A stretch of 64,000 bases of DNA, taken from the NCBI GenBank assembly GCA_965199955.1, contig CBDATQ010000002.1, forward strand, positions 576,001 to 640,000, read 5' to 3'. This document shows positions 1 to 9,829 of this stretch, one piece after another (the first letter of the stretch is position 1; each line of letters begins with the position of its first letter). The DNA comes from Spirochaetia bacterium. GTDB lineage: Bacteria; Spirochaetota; Spirochaetia; SZUA-6; Bin103. The position numbers and the translations under genes were made by a program. Under the pieces are notes generated by a model. It did not search any database, had not been told where the DNA came from, and saw only the letters and a program-made list of their open reading frames with translations.

Positions 1-1
1 G

Positions 2-355
2 TCGGTCTCATCCGTCACGGCGATGGTGAGGCCGATTCTGGATGCCCGCTCGTACGTCGCCGCGCGCCTGCAGCGCATCGAGCGCGACGGGCTGATCGAG
101 GGTGACCCCGCCGGCAATCGGCTGGTCATGCGCTATGTGCCGCGCATCGCCGCGGAGGACCTGGCGGTCGACGACCTGGTGATCACCTCGGGCATGCGCA
201 GCCCCTATCCGCGTGGCATCTACATCGGCCGGGTCACCGAGCACCGTGACGGTGACGACCGGTCGACGATCGAGGTGATCGTGCAGCCACTGGTCGAGTT
301 CGGCCGCCTGGACTACGTGCTGGTGCTGGATACCACGGATCCGGTCGATGGGTGA
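2..355 (+). CDS. mreC: Rod shape-determining protein MreC, C-terminal part (truncated by window start)
   Basis: DLVITSGMRSPYPRGIYIGRV and VQPLVEFGRLDYVLVL motifs; frame open to the window edge; upstream of mreD-mrdA-rodA. Confidence 0.92.
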   Translation, partial: SVSSVTAMVRPILDARSYVAARLQRIERDGLIEGDPAGNRLVMRYVPRIAAEDLAVDDLVITSGMRSPYPRGIYIGRVTEHRDGDDRSTIEVIVQPLVEFGRLDYVLVLDTTDPVDG

Positions 356-890
356 CGTCCGCGTCATCCTGGCGACCACGCTGCTCGCCGCCGCCGCCTC
401 CCTGCTGAGCTCGACGCTGCTGTCGTGGGTGGCGGTGGCCGGCGTCAAGCCGGACCTTGCCCTGGTGATCGTCGCCCTGATGGCGATGCGCAGGGGCAGC
501 ATGCCCGGCCAGATCGCGGGGTTCGCCTCGGGCCTGATTGCGGACACGATCAGCGCGGCCCCGCTGGGGCTCACCGCCATGACCCGCACGGTGGTAGGGT
601 ACGTGGTAGGCCGTATGGAAGGCTTGATCAGCGTCGACTGGCTGCTGCTGCCGGCCGCGGTGTCGATCGCCGCCACGGTGCTCAAGGCCGTCACGCTCGC
701 GGCCGTGGAGCTGGCCGTACCCTGGATCTCCAGCCGCTACGGGATCGGACCGTCCGCGTTCCTGACCAGCTTCCTGATCGAAGCGGGACTGAACGCCGTG
801 GCCGCCCCCGCCATGTACGTGTTGCTCAGCGTGCTGCCGGGCATGCGCGAGCCCGCGTCGAACCAGGTGCGGCGCCGGGTGCGACGTTGA
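348..890 (+). CDS. mreD: Rod shape-determining protein MreD
   Basis: Hydrophobic 180 aa; GVKPDLALV, GFASGLIAD and PLG motifs; position in mre operon. Confidence 0.92.
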   Translation: MGDVRVILATTLLAAAASLLSSTLLSWVAVAGVKPDLALVIVALMAMRRGSMPGQIAGFASGLIADTISAAPLGLTAMTRTVVGYVVGRMEGLISVDWLLLPAAVSIAATVLKAVTLAAVELAVPWISSRYGIGPSAFLTSFLIEAGLNAVAAPAMYVLLSVLPGMREPASNQVRRRVRR

Positions 891-2824
891 ACGGCCCCCA
901 CGCCGACGATTCCGCCCCGGTCTCCCGCCTTGCGGCAATGCGCATCGCGCTGCTGTGCGTGCTCGGCGGCCTGGCGCTCTACCTGTTCGTGCTGCAGGTG
1001 ATCAAGGGCGTCGAGTTCGAAGAACTGGCGAAGCAGTTCGCCCAACGCAAGACCGTGGTGCCGGCGCAGCGCGGAGCGATCTACGACGGATCGTACACGC
1101 GGCCGCTGGTCGCCAATCGGCCCGCGTTCTCCATCGACGTCACTCCCGCGCTGGTGCCCGGCGACCGGGGTGACCTGGACGCCTTGCTCACCTCGCTCGC
1201 GGAGGCGCTCGACATCGACCCGGACTACATGGCCGGGCAGGTGCCCCTGAACGAGAGCCACCTGTTCCAACCGATCGAGGTCCTCTCGGGCGCCGACTTT
1301 CCGACCGTGGCCTACCTCGGCGAGCACATCCACCGGTTCCAGGGCGTGTCCTGGCGCAACGAGCCGGTGCGCGACTACAGCGACCTCGGCGCCCTGGCGC
1401 ACGTGATCGGCTACGTGGGCGAGATCAATGTCGAGGAGCTCCAGGTCCTGTACAACGAGGGATACCGCAAGGGCGACACGATCGGCAAGAGCGGTCTGGA
1501 GCAGCGGTATGACGCGCGCCTGCGCGGGACGCCGGGGCTGAGCTACCGGACCGTGGACGCGCTCCAGCGGGACCTGGGCACCCGCGAGGGCCGCCCGCCC
1601 GTACCCGGCAACGACCTGGTGCTCACCATCGACGCGCGCATCCAGCGCCTGGCCGAGGGTGCTCTGGCCGGCCGCATCGGCTCGGTGGTCGTGCTGCGGC
1701 CGACCACCGGCGAGATTCTGGCCATGGTCTCCTATCCGTGGTTCGATCCCGGCGCGTTTCGCGGCGGCGGCGGGGCGCAGGCGCTGCGCGGAGCGCTGCA
1801 GGATCCGACCCATCCGTTCGTCAACCGGGCCGTGCACTCTGCGTACCCGCCGGCATCGGTGTTCAAGCTGATCATGAGCATCGCGGTGCTGGAGGAGCGG
1901 CTCATCGCGCCGGAGGAGCAGATCAACTGCAAGGGGAGATTCTTTCTGGGCAGGGGGGAATGGGACGACCACAAGCCGGAGGGGCACGGCTGGGTCGACC
2001 TGCGCAAAGGCTTGGCGGAGTCCTGCAACATCTACTACTACACGGTCGGCCATCGGCTGGGCGTGGAGCGCATCGTCCACTACGCGCGGGCGCTGGGCCT
2101 TGGCAGCCCCACCGGCATCGAGCTGCCGCGCGAGCAGGCCGGTTTCCTGCCCACTCCCGCCTGGAAGCAGCGCCAGCACAGCGAGCCGTGGGTGGGAGGC
2201 GACACCATCAACATGTCGATCGGCCAGGGGTTCGTCACCGCGACCCCGTTGCAGATCGCCAACGTGGTGGCGGCGATCGCCAATGACGGCGTCGTCTATC
2301 GTCCCTACCTGGTGAAGGAGGTGCGTGACGGCGGCGACGGATCGCTGATCAAGCGAGCGTCGCCGGTACCGCTGCTGGAGGTCGACGTGCAGCCGGAGAC
2401 CTTCGCGTTCATGCGCGAGGCGATGCGACACACGGTGACCGACGGAACCCCGGCGGTGGCGATCACGACGCCGGCGGTGCAGGCGGCCGGCAAGACGGGC
2501 ACGGCCCAGATTCGCTCCAAGGACTTCGACGGGCCGGAGCTCAAGCACTCGTGGTTCGCGGCCTACGCGCCCGCCGACGCTCTGCCGGAAGATCAGGTGG
2601 TGGTGGTCGTCATGGCGGAAGCCACCGATTACTGGGAGTGGTGGTCGCCGAAGGCGGCCAACGTGCTGCTGCACGGGATGTTCACCGGACTGGACTACAA
2701 GGACGTGATAAGCGACCTGCAGCCCCATACCCCCATGTACAACCTACTGGGTGAGCCCAGGCCGGAAGAAGAGACAGAGGAAGAAGCGGACGGAGGGGAT
2801 GACGGCGATGCCGAAGCGGGCTGA
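887..2824 (+). CDS. mrdA: Penicillin-binding protein 2
   Basis: RGAIYD, GKSGLE, SVFK (SxxK), SCN (SxN), KTGTAQ; TTG start overlapping mreD stop is inferred. Confidence 0.95.
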   Translation: MNGPHADDSAPVSRLAAMRIALLCVLGGLALYLFVLQVIKGVEFEELAKQFAQRKTVVPAQRGAIYDGSYTRPLVANRPAFSIDVTPALVPGDRGDLDALLTSLAEALDIDPDYMAGQVPLNESHLFQPIEVLSGADFPTVAYLGEHIHRFQGVSWRNEPVRDYSDLGALAHVIGYVGEINVEELQVLYNEGYRKGDTIGKSGLEQRYDARLRGTPGLSYRTVDALQRDLGTREGRPPVPGNDLVLTIDARIQRLAEGALAGRIGSVVVLRPTTGEILAMVSYPWFDPGAFRGGGGAQALRGALQDPTHPFVNRAVHSAYPPASVFKLIMSIAVLEERLIAPEEQINCKGRFFLGRGEWDDHKPEGHGWVDLRKGLAESCNIYYYTVGHRLGVERIVHYARALGLGSPTGIELPREQAGFLPTPAWKQRQHSEPWVGGDTINMSIGQGFVTATPLQIANVVAAIANDGVVYRPYLVKEVRDGGDGSLIKRASPVPLLEVDVQPETFAFMREAMRHTVTDGTPAVAITTPAVQAAGKTGTAQIRSKDFDGPELKHSWFAAYAPADALPEDQVVVVVMAEATDYWEWWSPKAANVLLHGMFTGLDYKDVISDLQPHTPMYNLLGEPRPEEETEEEADGGDDGDAEAG

Positions 2825-2845
2825 CCGCCGGGGCGGTACGCGACG

Positions 2846-4255
2846 GTGACCGGCGGCGACGGGGCGCGGGCGGTGCCGCTGCTCGGCGCCACCGCGGCGC
2901 TAGTCGCGATCGGCGTCCTGTTCATCTACTCGAGCGGCGTCGACTCCACCGGCGAGTCGGTGTCCCGGGAGTGGATCAAGCAGATCGTCTGGGCGCTGAC
3001 CGGGTTCGCGCTCCTGGCCGTGGTCGCCGCGGCGGGGCCGGGCTGGCTGCAGGCGGGGGCTTCCGCCTTGTACGCAGGTGGGCTGGTGCTGCTGGCGGCC
3101 ACCGCCCTGTTCGGCAGGGAGGTGAACGGCGCCCGCGCCTGGATCGGCATCGGCGACTTCGGCGTGCAGCCGTCGGAGTTCGCGAAGCTCACCACCATCC
3201 TGTTCCTGGCGTCCTACCTGGCCGGCATCGGCAACGGTATCAAGGAGCTGCCGCGCTTCGCGCTGGGCCTGGCGATCGTGCTGCTGCCGGTCGGGCTGGT
3301 CCTGCTGCAGCCCGACATGGGCACGGCGATGGTCTACGTGCCGATCTTCCTGGTGGCGTCGCTGGTTTCAGGAGCGGAGATTCGCCATCTGGCGTTCATC
3401 CTGGGCGCGACGGTCGTCACCTTCGCCATGGCGGTGCTGCCGGATCTGAACCCCGAGGGCATCCTGCGCACGATCGCCACGGCGTTGCTCGACCCCGGTA
3501 TCGTGCGGCTCGCCGCCATGGCGCTGCTGGCGATCGTCGGCCTGGCGGTCCTCGGCTACCGGCTCAGCCGCAGCCGCTGGCTGTACTGGGTCGGCTACCT
3601 CACGTCCATCGTACTGGGCGGGGTGACAGGGGCGGCGCTGGTGCGGTCCGTTCTGAAGCCATACCAGATCGTCCGCCTAGCGGCGTTCCTGGAGCCGTGG
3701 GCGGATCTGCGCGGCGCCGGCTGGAACATCATCCAGTCGAAGACGGCCGTGGGGTCGGGCGGGCTGGCCGGGAAAGGGTATCTGCAGGGCACGCAGAGCC
3801 ACTATCAGTTCCTGCCCCAGCAGAGCACGGACTTCATCTTCTCCATCCTGGCCGAGGAGTGGGGATTCCGCGGCTCGCTGCTGGTGCTCGGGCTGTTCGC
3901 CGTCATCCTGCTGCGATCGATCGCCATATGCCGGCGTGCACGCGACGACTTCGGCGTGGCGATGGCCGCCGGCGTCATCGGCATGTTCGCCACCCACGTG
4001 CTGGTCAACATCGGAGTGGCGAGCGGCATCATGCCGATCACCGGCATTCCGCTGACGTTCGTCTCCTACGGCGGTTCCGCTCTGTGGACGGGGCTGCTGG
4101 CGGTCGGCATGCTGCTGGCGTTGCTGCGTCCGGGTGCGGGCGGGGCGATGCGTTTCTCGTCACGCTTGACCGCATCCCAGTGGCGGTCGAGTTCCGCCAA
4201 CGGCAGCTCGCCCAAGGTGGCGCCGGTTTCACGCACGCGCCGCTCCACTTCCTGA
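2846..4255 (+). CDS. rodA: Peptidoglycan glycosyltransferase RodA (SEDS family)
   Basis: GARAWI, QPSEFAK, QPDMGT, TDFIFS, PITGIPLTFVSYGGS motifs. Confidence 0.95.
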   Translation: MTGGDGARAVPLLGATAALVAIGVLFIYSSGVDSTGESVSREWIKQIVWALTGFALLAVVAAAGPGWLQAGASALYAGGLVLLAATALFGREVNGARAWIGIGDFGVQPSEFAKLTTILFLASYLAGIGNGIKELPRFALGLAIVLLPVGLVLLQPDMGTAMVYVPIFLVASLVSGAEIRHLAFILGATVVTFAMAVLPDLNPEGILRTIATALLDPGIVRLAAMALLAIVGLAVLGYRLSRSRWLYWVGYLTSIVLGGVTGAALVRSVLKPYQIVRLAAFLEPWADLRGAGWNIIQSKTAVGSGGLAGKGYLQGTQSHYQFLPQQSTDFIFSILAEEWGFRGSLLVLGLFAVILLRSIAICRRARDDFGVAMAAGVIGMFATHVLVNIGVASGIMPITGIPLTFVSYGGSALWTGLLAVGMLLALLRPGAGGAMRFSSRLTASQWRSSSANGSSPKVAPVSRTRRSTS

Positions 4256-4983
4256 AACCGGCATCGGAATCTCCGGTTTGCGCCGTTCAGCGCCAGCAGC
4301 GGATCGACCCGCAGGTGGCGGGACAGGTTGACCACCGCGAACAGAAGGTCGCCCAGCTCCTCTTCGGTGCGTTGCGGCTCGATCCCGGCCGCCTGGTCGA
4401 CCTCGGCCAGTTCTTCGGCCACCTTCGCGAACACCGGACGAGCGTCGTCCCAGTCGAACCCGACGGTGGCGGCGGCGGACTGCAGGTCGACGGCATGGCG
4501 GAGTGGGCTGGGTGACGAGCCGACCGAGTCGAGCGCGGAGGAACGGGGCTCGGGTTCGCGCCTCTCGCTCTGCTTGATCCGCTCCCACTGGCGCAACACT
4601 CCGTCGGCATCGGTGGGATAGCCCCCGTCCGTCCGGCCGCCGGCGGGCGGGAATACGTGCGGGTGGCGGCGGCGGAGCTTGTCGACCACGCCGGTCAGCA
4701 CGTCGGCCACTGCGAAGGAATCCTCCTGTTCCTTCATGCGGGCGATCATCGTCGCGATCAGCACCACGTCGCCCAGTTCCTCGTTCAGGTTGTCATCGTC
4801 GCCGGCATCGATCGCCGAGATGGCCTCGAACGCCTCCTCCAGGAGCATGGTCCGCATCGACTGGGGGGTCTGCTCGCGATCCCAGGGACAGCCGTCCGGC
4901 GCACGCAGTCGGCAGACGGTCCGGTACAGCTCGGCGAAGGCTGCGCCGGGGCGTTCGGCGTTCGGTGACGGTGTGGACTCCAT
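4066..4983 (-). CDS. mazG: Nucleoside triphosphate pyrophosphohydrolase MazG
   Basis: GCPWDREQT, EEAFE, EELGD (twice), RRHPHVF, VGFDW. Confidence 0.95.
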   Translation of the reverse strand: MESTPSPNAERPGAAFAELYRTVCRLRAPDGCPWDREQTPQSMRTMLLEEAFEAISAIDAGDDDNLNEELGDVVLIATMIARMKEQEDSFAVADVLTGVVDKLRRRHPHVFPPAGGRTDGGYPTDADGVLRQWERIKQSERREPEPRSSALDSVGSSPSPLRHAVDLQSAAATVGFDWDDARPVFAKVAEELAEVDQAAGIEPQRTEEELGDLLFAVVNLSRHLRVDPLLALNGANRRFRCRFQEVERRVRETGATLGELPLAELDRHWDAVKRDEKRIAPPAPGRSNASSMPTASSPVHRAEPP

Positions 4984-5084
4984 GGAGTTCGCTCCGAGGG
5001 CCGCCGGGTGTTGCGACCCGCCCCGGCGTGGTAGGCTTCGGCCTTAACGGTAGCGCATCGCCGCTGCCGGTGCATCCGCTGTCC

Positions 5085-6128
5085 ATGCGCATTGCATCCG
5101 TCTCGCTCAAACACCCCTCCCGGCTGGTTACCAATGACGAGATCGTCACGTTGCTGCAGCAGTGCAGCAACGGCGTCGACCCGAAGGTGCTGCGCAAGTA
5201 CCAGCGGCTGGTGCGCGGGTTGCTGAAGCGCACCGGATCGGTGACACGCTACGTCCGGGACGTACAGCGGGGCGAGCGGGCCAGCGACCTGGTCAGGGAC
5301 GCGATACTGCAGGCTCTGGAGCAGGCGGCGATTGCGCCTGCCGACATCGATCTGTTGATCTATTGCGGGGTGGGCAAGGGGTTCCTGGAGCCCGCCAACG
5401 CCTATTTCTACGCGCAGGCCACGGGCCTCACCTGTTCGTGCTTCGACATCGCCGATGCCTGCATGAGCTGGATGCGCGCGCTGGAGATCTCGTACCGGTT
5501 CCTGCGGTCCGGGACGCTCCGCACCGCGATGATCGTCAACGGAGAGTTCAACTACAAGGAGCACGGGTACCCTGAGAACTTCGAGGTGAAAGGTCTCGAG
5601 CAGCTCGAATACACGTTCCCGACCTACACCATCGGCGAGGCGGCGACCGCCACCATCGTCACCGCGTCGGACGCCGAGTGGCGCTTCGACTACCACTCCG
5701 TGCCTGAGCTGTGCGGTCTGTGCAACATCCCGCTGGACGGGTACGAGGACTTCGTGGAGCTGTCGGACCGGATCGCGCTCAACGGCGTGAACAAGTTCGT
5801 GGCGTACGGTCACGAGCTGTTCGCACGGGCGGAGGAGTACCTGCTGCCGCTGGTCCGGCGCACGGTCGGCGACCTGAACGCCCCGCACATCTACTTCCCG
5901 CACGCCGCCTCCAGCGTTGCCTACCTGCGCGCCGGCAGGGCCGCGGGAATCCGGAACGGCAAGGTGTACAGCGAGGTGTTCCCGAAGCTGGGCAACCTGG
6001 TGTCGGCAAGCATTCCGGCCGCGATGGTCATGGCCGAGGCGGAAGGCCGGCTGAAGCGGGGCGATCGGGTCGTGCTGGTGCCGGCCAGCGCCGGCATGGT
6101 GTTCGGCGTCGGTCAGTTCACCTACTGA
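5085..6128 (+). CDS. 3-oxoacyl-ACP synthase III / OleA-like thiolase-fold condensing enzyme
   Basis: Cys-His-Asn triad (DACMSW, FPHAAS, GNLVSASIP) plus upstream LEPA motif; ATG 5085 inferred as start. Confidence 0.85.
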   Translation: MRIASVSLKHPSRLVTNDEIVTLLQQCSNGVDPKVLRKYQRLVRGLLKRTGSVTRYVRDVQRGERASDLVRDAILQALEQAAIAPADIDLLIYCGVGKGFLEPANAYFYAQATGLTCSCFDIADACMSWMRALEISYRFLRSGTLRTAMIVNGEFNYKEHGYPENFEVKGLEQLEYTFPTYTIGEAATATIVTASDAEWRFDYHSVPELCGLCNIPLDGYEDFVELSDRIALNGVNKFVAYGHELFARAEEYLLPLVRRTVGDLNAPHIYFPHAASSVAYLRAGRAAGIRNGKVYSEVFPKLGNLVSASIPAAMVMAEAEGRLKRGDRVVLVPASAGMVFGVGQFTY

Positions 6129-6143
6129 AGACGGGCAGCCGGT

Positions 6144-6824
6144 TCAGGTCTCCACGGCGGCCAGGGCCGGTCTGCGCTGGTCGGCCGGCTCGTTCAGAAA
6201 GACGCGCCAGGAGTCGTACTTCGGGCTCTGCAGACGCAGCAGGATCAGCGGATTCCGGCGCGGCTCCACGGGCTTGCGGATGAGCTGCATGCCGGCCGAA
6301 CGCGGCGTCCTGCCGCCCTTGCGCGTATTGCACGGCATGCACGCGGTCACCAGGTTCGACCACGACTCCGTGCCGCCGCGCCAGCGGGGGATCACGTGGT
6401 CGATCGTGAGCGCCCGAGCGGCCAGGCGCGTGCCGCAGTACTGGCAGGTGTTGCCGTCGCGGGCGTACACGTTACGCCGCGTGAGCGCCACCCCCTGGCG
6501 CGGGAAGCCGTGGTAGTCGGTCAGCCTGATGACGCGCGGCACCGCGAGCGTCAGCGTCGCCGTGTGGACCCAGTCCAGGTGACCGTCGCCTCGCGCCGCG
6601 AGGATGCCGGATTGATCCGTCCAGCGGGTGAAGTCGAACGACTCGTAGCGGCCGCCGTCGGTGGTGACCACCTCTGCGGCCTGCCGCACCAGCAGCACGA
6701 AGGCGCGCCGCGCGCTGACCAGGCGCAGGACGGTATATGAGCTGTTCAGAACCAGCACGCTGTATTCGAGCACCCGGGATTCCTGCCGCCGGGATGCCTG
6801 AGCCACGGTTGGGTCCACTACCAC
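6144..6824 (-). CDS. HNH endonuclease (McrA-like, zinc-binding)
   Basis: VLVLN...VPRVIRL...RRNVYARDGNTCQYCG...TIDHVIP...NLVTACMPCNTRK; alternative start GTG 6773. Confidence 0.92.
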   Translation of the reverse strand: MVVDPTVAQASRRQESRVLEYSVLVLNSSYTVLRLVSARRAFVLLVRQAAEVVTTDGGRYESFDFTRWTDQSGILAARGDGHLDWVHTATLTLAVPRVIRLTDYHGFPRQGVALTRRNVYARDGNTCQYCGTRLAARALTIDHVIPRWRGGTESWSNLVTACMPCNTRKGGRTPRSAGMQLIRKPVEPRRNPLILLRLQSPKYDSWRVFLNEPADQRRPALAAVET

Positions 6825-6845
6825 GCGCCTAGTGCGGGGTCAAGA

Positions 6846-7811
6846 TTACCGGCCGTCCAGGTTCAGATCGTCTGCGTGGATCCAGCCGAAGTCCCGGTAA
6901 CTGCCGCGGACGCGAACGTCGTACCAGTCACCGTCCTTCCCCATCGCCATCAGCAGATCGGTCGGCCGCAGGTAGGAGCGCACGGTGGACTCGCGAGTCG
7001 GTGCGGCATGCAGGGGCACCGTTCTGCGGGCAGGCCAGAGCTCGGTCGGGGCCGGTGGGATGACCGCGGTCGGATCCATCGGCTCGTGTTCGGCCAGGAA
7101 CGCCAGCACGCCGCCGGCGATGCCGCGAGCGGCCACGTCCGGCTGGCCGGTCAGGAACGCCCGGTCTGCAGCGTGGGTGAGGTAGCCCATCTCCAGGATC
7201 GCCGCCGGCGTGGTGATGGCGATGGCGTGCCGGTACCGGCCGCCGAATGCGTAGTAGCCGCGCATGTTGTACGTCACACCGTTCAGGTCCTCCCGCAACC
7301 CGGTGACCGCGCCGTAGTGTTCGCGCAGCAGGGCGCTCAGGCGTCGGGACGCGGGGGACGCCCGCCACGGAGGGGCGACCTTGTAGCCGGAGCTGCCGCC
7401 GCCGTCGGCGTGGATCGCCACGAAGGCGTCGGCGTCGAACCCCGGGGGCACGGTGGCCGGGAGCAGTACCACCTCGACGCCCTGCTTGCGCAGCAGCTCG
7501 GCGGCTGCCGTCGCCACGACTCTGTTGACGTCGACTTCAGCCACGCCGGCGGCGCTGGCGCCGGTCGCCGTGCGTCGATGCTCCAGCTCGGGCGGGTACT
7601 GGTCGGTGTCCAGGTGCCCGATCTGCAGGGCGACGCGCCAGGGAGCTACCACTCCCCGCAGGGACAGCCCCGGGTAGTCGGGGCGCGCGGGAGCGCGCAA
7701 CGGCACGAAACGCTCCGGAGCGGCGGGTTCTTCCTGGATGGCCAGCGCGACGGCAGCAGCCGCCACGGCGGCTGCTGCCGCCGCGATCAGGAGACGTACG
7801 ACCACGGTCAT
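6846..7811 (-). CDS. Secreted N-acetylmuramoyl-L-alanine amidase (Amidase_3) with C-terminal SH3b-like domain
   Basis: Signal-like N-terminus; QIGH, EVDVN, AIHAD, ILEMGYLT; C-terminal GDWYDVR...GWIH. Confidence 0.85.
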   Translation of the reverse strand: MTVVVRLLIAAAAAAVAAAAVALAIQEEPAAPERFVPLRAPARPDYPGLSLRGVVAPWRVALQIGHLDTDQYPPELEHRRTATGASAAGVAEVDVNRVVATAAAELLRKQGVEVVLLPATVPPGFDADAFVAIHADGGGSSGYKVAPPWRASPASRRLSALLREHYGAVTGLREDLNGVTYNMRGYYAFGGRYRHAIAITTPAAILEMGYLTHAADRAFLTGQPDVAARGIAGGVLAFLAEHEPMDPTAVIPPAPTELWPARRTVPLHAAPTRESTVRSYLRPTDLLMAMGKDGDWYDVRVRGSYRDFGWIHADDLNLDGR

Positions 7812-7876
7812 CCGGTGCCACTATACCGCCACACGCCGGGCGTTCCACAATGGCGTCCGCCGGGAACGGCCGGCAC

Positions 7877-7949
7877 GGGCGGTTAGCTCAGTTGGGAGAG
7901 CGCCTGGTTTACACCCAGGAGGTCGGCGGTTCAAGCCCGTCACCGCCCA
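7877..7949 (+). tRNA. tRNA-Val (TAC); CCA not encoded
   Basis: GGGCGGT/ACCGCCC acceptor stem, TAGCTCAGTTGGGAGAGC D-arm, CCTGG-TTTACAC-CCAGG anticodon arm, GGTTCAAGCCC T-arm. Confidence 0.97.
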
Positions 7950-7956
7950 TCAAGAC

Positions 7957-9072
7957 ATGAGCACCCATTCCGTGGCCGCGGCACGGCGTTCGCTCCGCGG
8001 TTGGGTTCTGTTCGCGGTCGGCGCTGGGGCGGTCGTGCTGGGCGCGGCGCTCGCCGGCCGGGCGCTGCGCACGCCGACCGCGGAGCAGGCGTTCGATCCG
8101 GTGACCTGGGCCGACCGGCTGCAGGCGTTCACGACCATCTTCCTCGGCATCTTCATCGAGGCCGTGCCGTTCGTGGCGATCGGCGCGCTGCTGTCCGGCG
8201 TGATCGAGATGGCGGTGAGCACGCGGACGCTGGCCCGTTGGGTGCCGGCGCGGACCGGTGCCGGCGTGCTCGCCGGCGCGGCGCTCGGGATGGTATTCCC
8301 GGTCTGCGAGTGCGGAGTCGTGCTGGTCGTCCGCCGGCTGTTGAGCAAGGGACTCCCGCCGCCGGTCGCGATCGCCTTCCTGCTCGGCGCGCCGGTCCTC
8401 AACCCGGTCGTGATCGCCAGCACGGCCACGGCGTTCGGATTCGGCTGGATGCTCATCGCCCGCCTGGTGCTCACGCTGGTTGTCGCGGTCGCGGTCGCCG
8501 CCGCGTTTCGCCGCGCCGGTCGGGAAGACATCCTGCTGGCCTCCGATGGGTTGAAAGGAGCGGCCTCCCCTGCCGGGAGCGGCCACGGGCACCATCACGA
8601 GCACGAGCACGAGCACGGCCCTCGTGACCGGTCGGCTCCGGAACGCGGGCGCGGCATCGGATCCTTCGCCCGCGACGCCCTGCTGCATGGCTCGGCCGAC
8701 CTGTTCGACATGGGTCGCTACCTCGTCATCGGGTGCGGCCTGGCCGCCCTCCTGCAGACGGTGATGCCGCAGTCGGTCCTCCTGGACATCGGCCGCGGCG
8801 GGGCGGCGTCGGTGGCGACCATGCTGGGGCTCGGCTACCTGCTCTCGGTGTGCTCCTCCGTCGATGCGTTTCTTGCGTTGGCGTTTACCACCACCTTCGC
8901 GCCGGCCTCGATACTGGCGTTCCTGGTGTTCGGACCGATGGTCGACGTCAAGAGCACCCTGCTGTTCCTGAGCGTCTTCCGCACCAGGGCGATCGTCTAC
9001 CTGGTCGCGCTGCCCCTGGTGCTGACGTTCGCGGCGGCACTGATCGTGCACAACCTGGTGCCCTGGGCGTGA
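7957..9072 (+). CDS. DUF318/UPF0718 (YcgR-like) permease with His-rich loop
   Basis: IFIEAVPF, FPVCECG, PVLNPV, SVCSSVDAF, FLVFGPMVDVK; HGHHHEHEHEH loop. Confidence 0.9.
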   Translation: MSTHSVAAARRSLRGWVLFAVGAGAVVLGAALAGRALRTPTAEQAFDPVTWADRLQAFTTIFLGIFIEAVPFVAIGALLSGVIEMAVSTRTLARWVPARTGAGVLAGAALGMVFPVCECGVVLVVRRLLSKGLPPPVAIAFLLGAPVLNPVVIASTATAFGFGWMLIARLVLTLVVAVAVAAAFRRAGREDILLASDGLKGAASPAGSGHGHHHEHEHEHGPRDRSAPERGRGIGSFARDALLHGSADLFDMGRYLVIGCGLAALLQTVMPQSVLLDIGRGGAASVATMLGLGYLLSVCSSVDAFLALAFTTTFAPASILAFLVFGPMVDVKSTLLFLSVFRTRAIVYLVALPLVLTFAAALIVHNLVPWA

Positions 9073-9074
9073 GC

Positions 9075-9827
9075 ATGCACGGGCTTGACCGGCCGCGGCT
9101 GCTGGCGGCGGTCGTGCTGTACGGGATCGTCGCGATCCTGCTGCACCGCTTGCTGTCCGGCACGCTGGTCTACTACATCAACCAGCGCTACGCGTGGCTC
9201 ACCTGGATTGCGGTGACCGGCCTCGGCGCCATGGCGCTGGCGCTGGCGGGAACCGCCTGGCGCGGGGCCCGGCATGCCGGGCGGTCCGAGCACGGCGTGC
9301 GCGTGCGCTGGAGCGCCCTGGCGGTGCTCGCGCTTCCCGTGGCCTTCGGGCTGGCGCCGGAGCAGCCCCTGGGCTCGGCGGCACTCGGCAACCGGGAGGT
9401 TGCCGTGGCCAGCCTCCCGCCGACCGCCCTGCAGTCGACGCCGGCGGGGCGGGCGACGCGGAGCGCCGCCGCGGAGGCCTTGGGTCGATCAATGCTGGAG
9501 TGGCTGGTGGAGTTCCACGTTGCGGATGACCCGGACCGGTTCGCCGGGCAGGAGGCGCGGATCACGGGATTCGTGTCACGCGATTCCGCGCTCCGCCCGG
9601 ACCAGGTGCGTCTCAGCCGCTTTCTGCTGAGCTGCTGTGTGGCCGACGCGATGCCGATCGCGATCGTTGCCGAGGCCGCGGAGCTCGCCCTGGTGCCCGA
9701 CGACCAGTGGCTGACGGTCAGGGGCCGCTTCACGGTGGCGGAGATCGGCGGCGAACGGATGCCGATCCTGGTCGCCGTGGACGTGGAGCAGATCGATCCA
9801 CCGCCGGTTCCCTATCTCTACTACTGA
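9075..9827 (+). CDS. TIGR03943 (YcgQ-like) putative permease subunit
   Basis: YYINQRY, ITGFV, RFLLSCCVADA, DQWLTVRG, C-terminal PYLY; alternative GTG start 9069. Confidence 0.9.
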   Translation: MHGLDRPRLLAAVVLYGIVAILLHRLLSGTLVYYINQRYAWLTWIAVTGLGAMALALAGTAWRGARHAGRSEHGVRVRWSALAVLALPVAFGLAPEQPLGSAALGNREVAVASLPPTALQSTPAGRATRSAAAEALGRSMLEWLVEFHVADDPDRFAGQEARITGFVSRDSALRPDQVRLSRFLLSCCVADAMPIAIVAEAAELALVPDDQWLTVRGRFTVAEIGGERMPILVAVDVEQIDPPPVPYLYY

Positions 9828-9829
9828 CG

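Noticed and set aside
7738..7956. N-terminal extension of the permease ORF from 7738
   Set aside because: Overlaps the amidase start and tRNA-Val; ATG 7957 is the plausible start
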